This document shows, piece after piece, positions 25,703-36,265 of a stretch of 64,000 bases of DNA (its first letter is position 1; every line of letters starts with the position of its first letter). This DNA is from a virus, in IMG/VR virus record IMGVR_UViG_3300045988_119557, positions 1-64,000 of that record; one strand, 5' to 3'. Below the pieces are notes generated by a model. That model was not told where the DNA came from. It did no database searches and saw nothing but the letters and a program-made list of their open reading frames with translations. The position numbers were made by a program, and so were the translations under genes.

Positions 25703-28700
25703 ATAGTACAGTTTTTATGCTATATCCTCCAACCGAATTATTTCCTCCGGCTGTAATAACACTTTCCAATTTGCTATTTATATCTCTTAATACTCTTGTT
25801 TGTGCGACTAATTCTCCTAATAATGGATTAGCCTCAACATCAAAGCTACCGATAGCAGAAAGCGTTTTTAATTGTACGTTTGAATCAGCTACAAAGAATC
25901 GCATGGAGTTTAAAAGTGCTTCAAGAGCTTGCGCTGTTTCTTCTGTAATACCTTTTATACCTGCATTCAAACCAGATAGCTCTTGATTGTTGCCTCCTGG
26001 CAAAACACCTAAGTTTTCTACGATGGATTTATACAATGCGTCTAAAGCTCCTTTGGTATCCGTATTAAATTTATCCATGATTCCAGAAAGTTCATCCTTA
26101 GTTAAGATGCTATCTTTAACTGCTTCGTCAATCATTCCCAATAGGGGTTTTAATATGGTCTCAGTTCCTCTAAACAACAATTGCTTTTTAACAACATTAT
26201 CCATAAAGTCTTGGAATGTAGTTTCCAACCCTTTCATTCCATCCCCTGTTTCTTTGAAGGCTTCATACCAAGCATTAGCAAATTCTTGTGCGGCAGATTT
26301 AAAGTTTTCTTCCGTTCCGAATCCTCCCATTTCCGCTAAAGCTTCTTCTTTTAATTGCAATTGCAGATCGTGTAGCTTTTCAATTTCTCCTTGCCATTCC
26401 TTTATTCGGTTCTTGTCGGTTTTCTTTTTCGCATCTTCGGCAGCTATCATTTGTTCGTATGCCTTTATTTGGGCTTTTACGTTTTCTTGGGCAAGCCTAT
26501 TTGATTCTTGAAATGTGTCTACAGAATAAGCCGCCTCTATTGACTTTTCAAGCTTTTTATATGCCTTATCCAGATTCTCTATCTTTTCTATTTCTCTCTG
26601 TATTTGACGCTCCTTCTTTTTGTCGCCAATATTAAAGAAAGCTCCAATTGTTTTTGCCAAACCAGTAATACCTTGTAGGTATCCGCCAATATCAGCAGGA
26701 TTTACCATGACTCTCGCGACACCCGATGCTGTATCTCCGACACCCGATAATATTTCTTGGAGAGAACCGATTGAGTCAGCAGCCTTAGCATCCATCTTGC
26801 CAAAGACATTTTCCATTGAAGTAGCTACATCAGATATAGTTTGTCCTACTTCATCGGCATATCTACCGATTAATAATAATACAGCTTGAAGTTTATCTTT
26901 TAATGTTTCGCCATATTTTATTTGCTTTATTAAGGCTTTTACAACTTCTCCTTGACTTTTCACATTGTTATTTGCAATGTCCAATGCTTGCTGTGCAATC
27001 CTTAAATTTTCCTTAGCTAAATTAGCTTCTTTAGAATTAAGGCCATATTTTTTAACCGCAACATCATATTGCTTTTGAGCAGAAAGAACATTATTTTCTG
27101 CTAATGTTTGCTGTTGTTTATATTGCTCTAATGTTTTGGATTCATCTGTATATTCAGCCTCTAAATTCTTTTTTTCTTTTAAGTAGCCGATATACTCTTT
27201 TATATTAGGCAATAGATCCTTAAACGGATTTCGCTTCTCTATTTGTTCGTCAATCTTTTGCATTTGAGAAGTTATCTCCTTTAATTCGGTTGGAGACAAA
27301 TCTTTTAAAGACTCTTTCAACGAAATCAATTTAGCTTTCATCTGCTCTAATACGGAAGAAGATACTCTATCAAGATCTTCAAACATCGTAATATAAAGAT
27401 CGCTTTCTTTGAATTCAGCAAAAGATTGCTTATCTAACTTCTGCCTTGTTTCTTTCTGTATGTTCTTTTTAATCTGTTCCTTCTGAGGTTTTGTAAATTC
27501 AGAAGGAATTTCCGCTATCTTCTTCTGCGCTTCAAGCTCAATCTTGATACGCTCCGACATGGATTTTTTTAGATATTGAGAATAATCCTTTAAACGTTCT
27601 TCCAAGGAGGCTTTTTCTGCGGCAGTTATTTTGTCCGACGCTTCGTTGTATGCTTTTAATTGCTCCTCGCTCAATGCCTCTATGTCTGGGTATAGAGATT
27701 TCAATTTAGCCTTAATATCATCAAGCGTAAATGTATCTATCCCAAATAACTGACTAATTAAGTCTTTATCAAGACCCAATTTCCCTAATTCAACAGTTAA
27801 TTCATAACCAGTGAAAAGCCCCTCTATTTCTTTTCTTGTCCTTTCTACATCTTTAGCTCTCACGTCTATTTCCACATCACCCCTAAGATCAGAAATTGCT
27901 TTTTCAAGTGTCAAGCGCATTTTGGGAGAAACAGAAGACATAAGCGATTCTAACCCTGCTATAATTCCGCTTGGATCAAAATTCATCGTTGTAATCAAAT
28001 TCCCTAATCCAGCTTCTTTAAAAGAATCCGTATAGTCTTTGCGAGTTTTCTCTAAAGCCGCAGCTTTATTATAATATTTTAGATTTTTCTGATATTCTTG
28101 ACCTACTTTCTTTAAAAGATCTATTTGTTGTTGTAACGTTTTATTTCTTTCATTTTCTCCTTTATTCGATTTAGGCATTTCACCAAATGCTGTCAATATC
28201 TGAGTAAGCTGCTTAACTCTCTCTTTATTGTATTTAAGAGCTTCTTCATTGGTCATCGAAGCATTTAACTGCTCTGTTGCTACATTTAATTTTTCTACAT
28301 TAGATTGCGAGTCTTTCAGTTCGGCTTTTAGCTTATCAAAATAATCTTTAGTTCCTTGATCTGGTTTTATAATATCAAGTTCAAGCTTATGATCTTCTAC
28401 ATATTTTTTAAGTCGAGCTTGCATCCCTTGATATTGATTTATAATAGGTTTAGATGCTATTTCTACTCCAAACTTAACTGTAAACTCCTGAGATACAAAT
28501 TTTTTTGTTTCCTCGTCAGCTATATTTAAAGAATTAATATAATCCCTAAGAGTTTCTTGTGCCGCTTTTCTCCCCTCTTCTGTAGCAATATTATAAGTCT
28601 TCTTAAAATCCGTAGCAAGTTTCTTTATATCTTCCGACATTTCAGTTCTTGTTTTAGTTAACTTGCTTAAAGCTTTATCGTAATCATTGAAATCAGAAGA

Positions 28701-31316
28701 ATAAGGACGCATTAATTCTCTCAATCCTCCACCACCAGTAGCAGCAGTTTTTCTACCGAGGACATCTAATGCTTTTAATTTTTCAACGGCTGTTCCTGCA
28801 CTATTTTGTATTGCAACAATCTGCTGTCGGACATCAGGGTCTAAATTTTTAGCTGTTTGAAGAAAAACATTAAGTTTTCCATTTGCATCAAGCCAAATAT
28901 TACCCATACTATTAGCTTGTTTATTATATTCGGCTTGAAGTTCCGATAACTCTGCTGCCCTTTCAATCATTCCTGTACTAAACCAAGATTCTTGCCTCTT
29001 TGCTAACCAATTTAAATAATTAGTTTGTTCTAACTTCTTATTAAACTCCTCTTGTGCTTTAGTCAAATCTACAGTACCATCTTTCTGTGTAATAATACTA
29101 TTATATACTGTCGGATGATTAATTCTCAATTCTTCTAACAAGGCATTTCGTTTTGCCGAAGATTCGTTGTTTTCTTTTTGAGCATCTGTGTATTCTTTAG
29201 TCCCTTCTTTAAACTGCTGCATTGCAGAAGCAGATTCTTTTATTTTTGCATTATATTCCTTAATTTTAGATGAGATAGAATCTATTTCATTCTTTTGTCT
29301 TGCTAAAGAATTTGTTAATATGTCATATTTAGCTTTTGCTTCTTCAACCTTACTGTTGTATTCTGTAGCTGCATATATTGCCGTAGCAATACCAGTTGCC
29401 AAAAGTAAATAAGGATTGCCTTTTGCAAAAGATAATAAGTTTTTAAGCCCTGTAACTGTTCCTCCGATAGCCTTGTTAACTCTTCCTGAATTGGCGATTA
29501 TTTCTCCCTGTGATGCCGCGAAAGCCTTATTAGCGATGGTAGCTAAAACTATTTTTCCAGTATATAAAACGAACCCAGTTGCTACGGATTTTAATAAAAC
29601 TGCAAAAACTTCCCAACTCTCTACAATGCCTCGAACAATCGCAACCAAATCTTTTAGAACACCGTCATTAGCTTTTCCAATCTCGTTAAACATAACATCG
29701 AAGCTATCTTGGAGGTTGGAAATTTGACCTTGCAAAGTTTCAGCTTGTATTTCTTGCATATTATAGAAGATTCCTCCGGCAGAAGTTATCCTCTTAAATA
29801 CTTCTTCGACATCCTCAAAGGCAACCATTCTATTAGATACCATATCGAAGACTTCTCCAACAGATACCATTCGTCCTTCTAATTCAGTGAAATATGTTGC
29901 CAATTCACCTAATATATTAATACCAGCTTCACTAAACTGTCTTAATTCCGTTCCACGTAGATAATTAGCTGCCTTAACTTGACCAAAGGCTAAAATCAAG
30001 CGATCCATTTCAACACCCAAGCCGCTTGATATATCAGCAAGCATTTTTGTTGTATCGTACAGTTTTTCTGTTTCGATACGATATGCTGCTAATTGCTTTG
30101 TATATGTAACCAATTCCTTAACTCTATATGGAGACCTAACAGCCAATTCGACAACTTGATTAAATAATTGGTCAGCTTGATCTTTGTTTTGAAGAATAGC
30201 TTGTAATGCGCGGTTCTGCAATTCAAATTCCCCTCGCACCTGTACTAATTTACCAATATACCCTTCAATTGCGGCCACACTGAAAAGAAGACCTAACTTA
30301 CGCTCCAATTGTGCAGAAGTATCGAGTATGCGACTTTGATTTTTCTTCAAATTGTTCATGCTGTTTGCTGTAGCATCATTAACCGCATTTAGTCTTTGGG
30401 TTTCAGCAGTTATTCTCTGTAATTGAGTCGTATAATTTCTGCCAGTAGCATTTAACTGTTCTTGGGCGCTTCTTAATTTGGCTAATTTATTAATACGTTG
30501 GGCGATGGTACCCTCAGATGCAGCCATAGCTCTATTATAAGCTTGCATGGCTTGTGCAGCTTGCTGATCTGATTTCCTATTTTGTTCTCTATTAAGTTTT
30601 TCTTGTGCTTTAGCTAATTTCTCTGCTTCTGCCGCAGCCTTCTCTTCAGCTTGCGCCATTTTATAAGCCTTCTCAAAAGCTGCATCCATCATCTTCTGTT
30701 GCTGTTGTAAAGCCGAACTTCCTGTTTTGAATGAAGAATTTAATTGGTCTAATGCAATAGAGGCGTTACCGATTGTTTTTTTGTAATTTTCCCAAGAAGC
30801 GGCTGTAGCAAGAATGCTTCTTCTTTCTTGCTCTAATACAGCTAATTCAGCTTGAATTTGAGGAGTAAGTGATTTCCCTGCTGAGGCTTCTTTCATTGTA
30901 GAACCACTGATAAATCCGCCTCCCTTATTCTTCAAATTAGCAATTTGAGAATCTAATTTAGATACTGCCGAAGTCGAATCATTTAACAAGTTTTTTAGCG
31001 ATTCTATTTTTTTATTGATAACATCGACGGGAGATTGGGACACTCTATTTAGTTGCTCTGCCACATTAGCCACACTTTTAGCTACTTTTTCTGTGCCAGA
31101 TGTATCAAGCTTAGGCATCAAATCTTTAATGCCTTTATTCGCTGTTTTTAATTGTTGTAATAATGGGTTAAGACCATCGGCCATTTCTTGAAAAGCCGAC
31201 TTCATTAGCTTTTTAGTGTTCTCACTCGTTTTAGCTAATGTCTCTATTTTCTTATCTGTTTGATCCAGTTGCTTTAATACATTTTCTGGTATCTCTAAAA
31301 TATATCCTTCTGCCAT
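25701..31316 (-). CDS. tail tape measure protein
   Basis: 1871 aa and A/K/E/Q-rich coiled-coil throughout. It lies immediately downstream of the G/G-T chaperone pair, with hydrophobic central segments. Confidence 0.85.
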   Translation of the reverse strand: MAEGYILEIPENVLKQLDQTDKKIETLAKTSENTKKLMKSAFQEMADGLNPLLQQLKTANKGIKDLMPKLDTSGTEKVAKSVANVAEQLNRVSQSPVDVINKKIESLKNLLNDSTSAVSKLDSQIANLKNKGGGFISGSTMKEASAGKSLTPQIQAELAVLEQERRSILATAASWENYKKTIGNASIALDQLNSSFKTGSSALQQQQKMMDAAFEKAYKMAQAEEKAAAEAEKLAKAQEKLNREQNRKSDQQAAQAMQAYNRAMAASEGTIAQRINKLAKLRSAQEQLNATGRNYTTQLQRITAETQRLNAVNDATANSMNNLKKNQSRILDTSAQLERKLGLLFSVAAIEGYIGKLVQVRGEFELQNRALQAILQNKDQADQLFNQVVELAVRSPYRVKELVTYTKQLAAYRIETEKLYDTTKMLADISSGLGVEMDRLILAFGQVKAANYLRGTELRQFSEAGINILGELATYFTELEGRMVSVGEVFDMVSNRMVAFEDVEEVFKRITSAGGIFYNMQEIQAETLQGQISNLQDSFDVMFNEIGKANDGVLKDLVAIVRGIVESWEVFAVLLKSVATGFVLYTGKIVLATIANKAFAASQGEIIANSGRVNKAIGGTVTGLKNLLSFAKGNPYLLLATGIATAIYAATEYNSKVEEAKAKYDILTNSLARQKNEIDSISSKIKEYNAKIKESASAMQQFKEGTKEYTDAQKENNESSAKRNALLEELRINHPTVYNSIITQKDGTVDLTKAQEEFNKKLEQTNYLNWLAKRQESWFSTGMIERAAELSELQAEYNKQANSMGNIWLDANGKLNVFLQTAKNLDPDVRQQIVAIQNSAGTAVEKLKALDVLGRKTAATGGGGLRELMRPYSSDFNDYDKALSKLTKTRTEMSEDIKKLATDFKKTYNIATEEGRKAAQETLRDYINSLNIADEETKKFVSQEFTVKFGVEIASKPIINQYQGMQARLKKYVEDHKLELDIIKPDQGTKDYFDKLKAELKDSQSNVEKLNVATEQLNASMTNEEALKYNKERVKQLTQILTAFGEMPKSNKGENERNKTLQQQIDLLKKVGQEYQKNLKYYNKAAALEKTRKDYTDSFKEAGLGNLITTMNFDPSGIIAGLESLMSSVSPKMRLTLEKAISDLRGDVEIDVRAKDVERTRKEIEGLFTGYELTVELGKLGLDKDLISQLFGIDTFTLDDIKAKLKSLYPDIEALSEEQLKAYNEASDKITAAEKASLEERLKDYSQYLKKSMSERIKIELEAQKKIAEIPSEFTKPQKEQIKKNIQKETRQKLDKQSFAEFKESDLYITMFEDLDRVSSSVLEQMKAKLISLKESLKDLSPTELKEITSQMQKIDEQIEKRNPFKDLLPNIKEYIGYLKEKKNLEAEYTDESKTLEQYKQQQTLAENNVLSAQKQYDVAVKKYGLNSKEANLAKENLRIAQQALDIANNNVKSQGEVVKALIKQIKYGETLKDKLQAVLLLIGRYADEVGQTISDVATSMENVFGKMDAKAADSIGSLQEILSGVGDTASGVARVMVNPADIGGYLQGITGLAKTIGAFFNIGDKKKERQIQREIEKIENLDKAYKKLEKSIEAAYSVDTFQESNRLAQENVKAQIKAYEQMIAAEDAKKKTDKNRIKEWQGEIEKLHDLQLQLKEEALAEMGGFGTEENFKSAAQEFANAWYEAFKETGDGMKGLETTFQDFMDNVVKKQLLFRGTETILKPLLGMIDEAVKDSILTKDELSGIMDKFNTDTKGALDALYKSIVENLGVLPGGNNQELSGLNAGIKGITEETAQALEALLNSMRFFVADSNVQLKTLSAIGSFDVEANPLLGELVAQTRVLRDINSKLESVITAGGNNSVGGYSIKTVL

Positions 31317-31321
31317 CGTTT

Positions 31322-32034
31322 TTATTCTTTAAATAATGGGAATCCTAAATCACTTAATAAATCTTCTGCGGAATTGATTACAGTTACATTGTCCTCGCTT
31401 TTATTTTCAGGTAAATAAACAACTTGCGTTGAATCATGGGACGCTAAAGCTATTTGAGCCATACTCATTTTCCACATGTATTCGTCTATGGTCACAGAAG
31501 GATAAGCTTTAAGAAAGTCAAACATCTGTCCATAGCTTGTCCTGGCTACTATTATTTTTGTTCGTTCATCCTTGTCTTCCTCTGTAGAGCCATCTCCTTG
31601 AATATCTGAGTCGAGTTGATAATGTAAAAAAAAACATCCACATTTATCAAATTCAGTATTTCAAATAACAACTGTCCCCATTCCTTTTCATCACATTCCC
31701 AAAAAAGGGTTTCGTATACTTTTTTATATGTTACTTCATCTTCAATATCTTCTTTCTTGTTAAGAATAGCCAATGTAATAATCCTACAAACAGAAGGTAA
31801 ATTAGACGCTAATCCTTTTAACACATCACTATACGATGCTTTTTCTGCTTTACTTATTTTAACTGCTTCTTCTGCAATCATCCACATTACGGCAGGCTTC
31901 AAAGACTTTATAGCGAACTCTGTTTTTGACAACTTAACTAAAGTTGGGCTATCTGTCATAATTTGCGCTAAACGCTCCATTGCTTCATCAGAAACAGGTT
32001 CGTTGATTGATTTTCTTTTTATATTTTCTTTCAT
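31322..32034 (-). CDS. tail assembly chaperone G-T fusion product via -1 frameshift
   Basis: ORF 31322..31525 is in the -1 frame of 31552..32034. The -1 frame has no stop from the T9 tract to ATG 31525 (34 codons checked by hand). Confidence 0.6.
31552..32034 (-). CDS. tail assembly chaperone (G-like)
   Basis: Sits between the tube gene and the tape measure. Contains the slippery tract near its 3' end. Confidence 0.65.
   Translation of the reverse strand: MKENIKRKSINEPVSDEAMERLAQIMTDSPTLVKLSKTEFAIKSLKPAVMWMIAEEAVKISKAEKASYSDVLKGLASNLPSVCRIITLAILNKKEDIEDEVTYKKVYETLFWECDEKEWGQLLFEILNLINVDVFFYIINSTQIFKEMALQRKTRMNEQK
31626..31634 (-). other. programmed -1 ribosomal frameshift slippery tract (T9 on the coding strand)
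   Basis: The coding strand reads GTT TTT TTT TAC (V134 F135 F136 Y137), and T TTT TTT fits X XXY YYZ. Confidence 0.55.
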
Positions 32035-32052
32035 GTTATTACTTATGAAATA

Positions 32053-32081
32053 GGGGGAAGGAGTTTAATTCTCCCACCCCC
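32053..32081 (-). promoter_or_regulatory. GC-rich hairpin just upstream of the chaperone start
   Basis: GGGGG-aa-GGAG-tttaatt-CTCC-ca-CCCCC, about 20 nt from ATG 32034. Confidence 0.4.
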
Positions 32082-32195
32082 TCCTATATAGTTAGATGAT
32101 ATTACTTTTTCTCGCTCTTGTTTTAGGAGACAATAAAATAGCGTCTTCTCCGTTCAGGATATTTAGGGAATTAGCCGGAGTTACCGATTCCCTCG

Positions 32196-32774
32196 TTACC
32201 CCCCCACAGTTGTAGGAATAGTATAATCGTAGTCGATCATAAATGGAGTCATAACTTTGCCAGAACCATTTGTCATCTCTAACAAAGAACCTGTACCAGC
32301 CAATGCAATTCGTCCAATCGAAGTACTCAAAGAGTCAATTGTTACTGTCGGACTCATTTGTACTTTAGGTAGAATACATGCGATGTATTTTCCATCTGTG
32401 CCCTGGAATACCAAAGCAAATTCAGCATATTTAGTGACGTAACCACTCGGAGCATATACTTTCTTAGTATCCGTACTAACTTCAAAGCCCAAAAGATCTT
32501 TCAATAAATCGGGCTGCAAGTCAGCAATCTCTGTAGCTACAGAATACTGTCCAGCTTGGATATTATTAATAATTGGTGCAGAAGACAATTCGTTTTCTAC
32601 AGGATTTTCAGTATTTTCCTCCTGTGTAATAGAGGTTGAATCTCGGATAATTTCCTCACATTGATATACATTCGTTCCTTTTGTTGTTTCATCTGTAAAA
32701 GGAGTAATAAAAATGTATTTCGGGTTAAAAACCTTCTTCGACTTTGCGGATGTTTTTACAACTGTTGTTGCCAT
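32196..32774 (-). CDS. major tail (tube) protein (positional call)
   Basis: 192 aa, immediately upstream of the chaperone pair, beta-rich, followed by a hairpin at 32166-32192. Confidence 0.55.
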   Translation of the reverse strand: MATTVVKTSAKSKKVFNPKYIFITPFTDETTKGTNVYQCEEIIRDSTSITQEENTENPVENELSSAPIINNIQAGQYSVATEIADLQPDLLKDLLGFEVSTDTKKVYAPSGYVTKYAEFALVFQGTDGKYIACILPKVQMSPTVTIDSLSTSIGRIALAGTGSLLEMTNGSGKVMTPFMIDYDYTIPTTVGG

Positions 32775-32786
32775 AATTTTTATTAT

Positions 32787-33179
32787 TTAAGCGGTTAAAA
32801 TTTGAATTTCTACAATATTGTAATGTAATTTAGCATTGGAATCATAGCCTGAACGCGTACCTCTCCTGATTAATTGATAAGCAGGATTTTCATTTGAAAA
32901 AAGTATTTCATTCAAGGTAGTTTCCATTTTAGAGAGTATGGGAACGTTTTTTGCGCCAGAGGACATTGGCTTGGCATATAACCAAATTGCTATTGTGCCA
33001 AAACCATAAGCCGACAAGTCGCGTATCAAATAAGAACAATCAACCAAAAGTAAATCTTTCCACGAGTCTTTTATAACTGGCGGCAATGTATCAAAGAAAA
33101 CATTTGCTGAAACCTTATTCCCCAACAAGGAATCAAGGTAAGCTTCTATATTTGATATGTTTAACTTATTTTTATCCAT
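32787..33179 (-). CDS. head-tail joining / tail terminator-like protein (positional)
   Basis: Small overlapping ORF between the capsid and tube genes. Confidence 0.4.
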   Translation of the reverse strand: MDKNKLNISNIEAYLDSLLGNKVSANVFFDTLPPVIKDSWKDLLLVDCSYLIRDLSAYGFGTIAIWLYAKPMSSGAKNVPILSKMETTLNEILFSNENPAYQLIRRGTRSGYDSNAKLHYNIVEIQILTA

Positions 33180-33627
33180 TTCCTATTGTCTTTACTTTTG
33201 AACCTTTTATCTTCGACGATAATAATGAAATATCATCTCCAATCATAAAGATCACTTTATATTTTCTTTTTAAAGGAGATTCGCCTGCCTCTAATATTCC
33301 CCCATAGAACAAAGCAACAGCAACTACTAATTGCATCCCTTTAGATGGTGGATTATATTTAGAGAAAAACTCCTCAATTGACTGTCTTCCTGTTATGTAA
33401 CGCCCATTAACTTTTACACCCTTATCCGTAGCTAAACGATCTAAAAATCTTGTTGTTTGCGGATATATTTTTCCGTTATAAAAGACTGCGCTACCGTAAC
33501 TATCATGGAGGTTTTGAGTTTCGTTTTTACTATAATCCGCTTCTTCAAAAGCCTGATGTATCAACTTATCTCCATCGGAAGCCAGTTTCATGGCTAATTG
33601 ATGTACATAATTAGAAGAAACCTTCAT
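33172..33627 (-). CDS. head-tail joining protein (positional)
   Basis: Small overlapping ORF between the capsid and tube genes. Confidence 0.4.
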   Translation of the reverse strand: MKVSSNYVHQLAMKLASDGDKLIHQAFEEADYSKNETQNLHDSYGSAVFYNGKIYPQTTRFLDRLATDKGVKVNGRYITGRQSIEEFFSKYNPPSKGMQLVVAVALFYGGILEAGESPLKRKYKVIFMIGDDISLLSSKIKGSKVKTIGNG

Positions 33628-33974
33628 TATTCTTCCTGTGTATAAGTTGTTATGTAAACCGAAACACCCCCTAATTGAGTTGGGAATAAACCAATTACTC
33701 GACCTTCGACTGACATTCCAAACATTTCCCCTCTGAATAGCATTCCTTTTTTTATGGTAATGCCTTGTTTTTTATCAAAAGGATAATATACTTCAAAAGC
33801 ATTTGAGATGATAGTATTATCACTTTTCTTTGCTTCTTGTATATCACATTTGGTTTCTAATACCAAGATTTCCTCTTCGACTCTTTCCGTCAACGGCTTA
33901 GTCATATCTATGTCGTATGTATAGAAAGAACCATTGAAAGGATATTCTTGTATTAAGTCTCTGTCAATAATCAT
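33627..33974 (-). CDS. head-tail joining protein (positional)
   Basis: Start and stop overlap the neighbouring genes. Confidence 0.4.
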   Translation of the reverse strand: MIIDRDLIQEYPFNGSFYTYDIDMTKPLTERVEEEILVLETKCDIQEAKKSDNTIISNAFEVYYPFDKKQGITIKKGMLFRGEMFGMSVEGRVIGLFPTQLGGVSVYITTYTQEE

Positions 33975-34336
33975 TAGTCATATTCATTAATCCATTGTAC
34001 ACCCAAGTTTGATAGCTCTGATAATTTAGGATCGTCCCATTTCTTATATAACCCAATTAAAATATTATAGACTTCTTTCTTTGTATCATAACGCTGGCTC
34101 CCAATCGTTTTCGTAAATGCGCCATGCTGCTGAGTTGAACTCGCAGTATAATTAGGGGCTGTATAAATCACGAACAATAAATCAGCAAGACAAAGATCTT
34201 TTTGTTTTTCTGTCAAAGATTTATAATCTGTAACGTCGATAACTTCTCTTTCTATTGCGATACGGGTTAAGACTGCCCTGTCAAAGACAAAGGCAGTCAA
34301 ACCAGAAAGATATTCTATAACATCAAATTGCGCCAT
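33974..34336 (-). CDS. head-tail connector / head completion protein (positional)
   Basis: First small ORF downstream of the capsid gene. Confidence 0.4.
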   Translation of the reverse strand: MAQFDVIEYLSGLTAFVFDRAVLTRIAIEREVIDVTDYKSLTEKQKDLCLADLLFVIYTAPNYTASSTQQHGAFTKTIGSQRYDTKKEVYNILIGLYKKWDDPKLSELSNLGVQWINEYD

Positions 34337-34337
34337 A

Positions 34338-35510
34338 TTAATTCGCTACTGTTGTGTCAACAATGACATGGTACGGGAACTCGTTCAATGACGGAACAGC
34401 CGACATAATCAAATCGGTATGCCATTCTTTATACATTCCATTAGGTACAGTTGTATTTACCAATGTATAAATACCACCTTCCATCTGAGCGAATGATTTA
34501 GTAATGGAATTATTACCGTATTTTTCAAACATTACTACGTCCAAAATATCAGTATACTGAATTTCCCCAGCAAATCCCGCAGGGCGTAGAACAGCAGCTT
34601 TCGAATCCCATCCATTAACAAACTTACCAGTCATATTATCCCAACTGATGTCCTTTTGTTTTTCAACAACAATCTCAATTGGAGACAAATCGGGATAATT
34701 AGCATAAACAACACTGTTGAAGATTTCCTCAGTAACAGGCATTGAGTCCAAGAAAACCTTATCATTTAGCGTATAGTATTGTTTCACCAGCTCGCGAACT
34801 TCTTTGTTCTTCAAAACGACATCCATATACATCTTATACGGAATCTGCCATTTCATTGGGCCATTATAACCTTTTGTATCGCGGAAGTCAACCTCAATAG
34901 TACGCATTTGGCTAAGCAAATTACAATCTGCGGCAGTCCAAACCTTAGCACCTGCTTTCTTGAAGTTTTCTGCCGGGATTTCTGCTTTCTGCAAAGCGCC
35001 CTTCATTCCACGTCCAAAATTATAAGAACACTGACCTTTTGAAATAAGCTGTGCGCCCAAATTAGTTAAGGTCTGGTCAGCAGCGTCGATCTGCATCTGA
35101 ACATCGTCCATCCATTCGCTAATCAAGAAAGCGTCATTCCCGAATTGAGCAAAAAGACGTTCTTTGTATTCACGCTGCGGAGCAGTTTCTACAATACCAG
35201 GAGCAATAAAATCAGGGATAGTAGCGGAATACCAAGAAATTCCCTTGTAATCCAAAGGTACAGAATCGCCAAGGGGTGCACGCATATCCATCATTGGAGT
35301 TGCGGTTCTGTCTTTAGCCTGTACTGTAAAGGTTGCAGTACCATCAGCTGCTACGGGGGTAGCATTGCTGGCTTTCGTAAATTGGGTTTTCCACCATCCG
35401 TAATTTGTGCGAAGCAAACCCGATTCGTCAATCAAAGAGCGCAAAAAACGCACATCAGAATCAGTCCACAAACGAGCATATCTATTATTATTAAAATCAA
35501 ACTTTGGCAT
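34338..35510 (-). CDS. major capsid protein (lambda gpE-like placement)
   Basis: 390 aa in the order scaffold, 240-aa protein, then this ORF, which mirrors the scaffold-decoration-capsid arrangement. Confidence 0.6.
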   Translation of the reverse strand: MPKFDFNNNRYARLWTDSDVRFLRSLIDESGLLRTNYGWWKTQFTKASNATPVAADGTATFTVQAKDRTATPMMDMRAPLGDSVPLDYKGISWYSATIPDFIAPGIVETAPQREYKERLFAQFGNDAFLISEWMDDVQMQIDAADQTLTNLGAQLISKGQCSYNFGRGMKGALQKAEIPAENFKKAGAKVWTAADCNLLSQMRTIEVDFRDTKGYNGPMKWQIPYKMYMDVVLKNKEVRELVKQYYTLNDKVFLDSMPVTEEIFNSVVYANYPDLSPIEIVVEKQKDISWDNMTGKFVNGWDSKAAVLRPAGFAGEIQYTDILDVVMFEKYGNNSITKSFAQMEGGIYTLVNTTVPNGMYKEWHTDLIMSAVPSLNEFPYHVIVDTTVAN

Positions 35511-35527
35511 TTTCTATTTCCTTTCTT

Positions 35528-36250
35528 TTAAAGTTCAAACCATCCGGTTACTAATGATTTATTTCTCGCGGCAAGTACACTTTTGGGAAGTGGAGACATC
35601 CTGTCAATATAAGCAATACCATGAAGCACAGGAGTCATAAAATATCTTGCTCCATCAAAATCATTATCGCCTGTTACTGGCTCATAAAGGAAATCATAAT
35701 CCGCAGGACACATTGCATTCGGATTTGTAACCATCGGTTTTTTGCCAGAACCTGCTTCAACTGCCTCAACAAGAATATCATCTACGACTAAATCAGCCAA
35801 TGTAGCAGAAAGAGTAACCTTCCATACATCCTTAGACGCTTCAACAGTCGGTTCTACTTTTGTTACCGTAACCGCAGTACCCGCTCCATCAATAGTAGCA
35901 GGAGCTTTCATCAAAACATCTCCTACAAAAGGGATATGTTTATATCCATCTCTTGTTAAATAGATAACGACGTCAGAGGATGTACTTGTCGCTTTGCTTA
36001 CAACATAAGTCTTCAAGATATAACCTGTAGCACCCTTTTCACCGTCCTTATAGCGATATTCAATCAAATCGCCTGCATACATTTTGGCTGTTCCCTTAAA
36101 CGGATTCATAATTTTACATCCGAAAGTAGGGAATACAAGTTCATTCTTGTTGCCTTGCAGCTTAACAAAAACGTATCTTGCGCCACCAATTTCACCTCTT
36201 CGTTGAAGAAGAGTCTTTCCTAAAAAGACACCTGCATCGGTAGAATACAT
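35528..36250 (-). CDS. capsid accessory/decoration-like protein (positional)
   Basis: 240 aa, between the scaffold and capsid genes. Confidence 0.35.
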   Translation of the reverse strand: MYSTDAGVFLGKTLLQRRGEIGGARYVFVKLQGNKNELVFPTFGCKIMNPFKGTAKMYAGDLIEYRYKDGEKGATGYILKTYVVSKATSTSSDVVIYLTRDGYKHIPFVGDVLMKAPATIDGAGTAVTVTKVEPTVEASKDVWKVTLSATLADLVVDDILVEAVEAGSGKKPMVTNPNAMCPADYDFLYEPVTGDNDFDGARYFMTPVLHGIAYIDRMSPLPKSVLAARNKSLVTGWFEL

Positions 36251-36265
36251 ATTTTCTCTTTTTTT

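Noticed and set aside
25678-29727. Plus-strand ORFs inside the tape measure gene (25678..25986, 25987..26511, 26620..26889, 27811..28035, 29188..29412, 29416..29727).
   Set aside because: They are antisense to a continuous 1871-aa ORF and have low-complexity S/P/F-rich translations with no start context. These are typical shadow ORFs of a biased coiled-coil gene.
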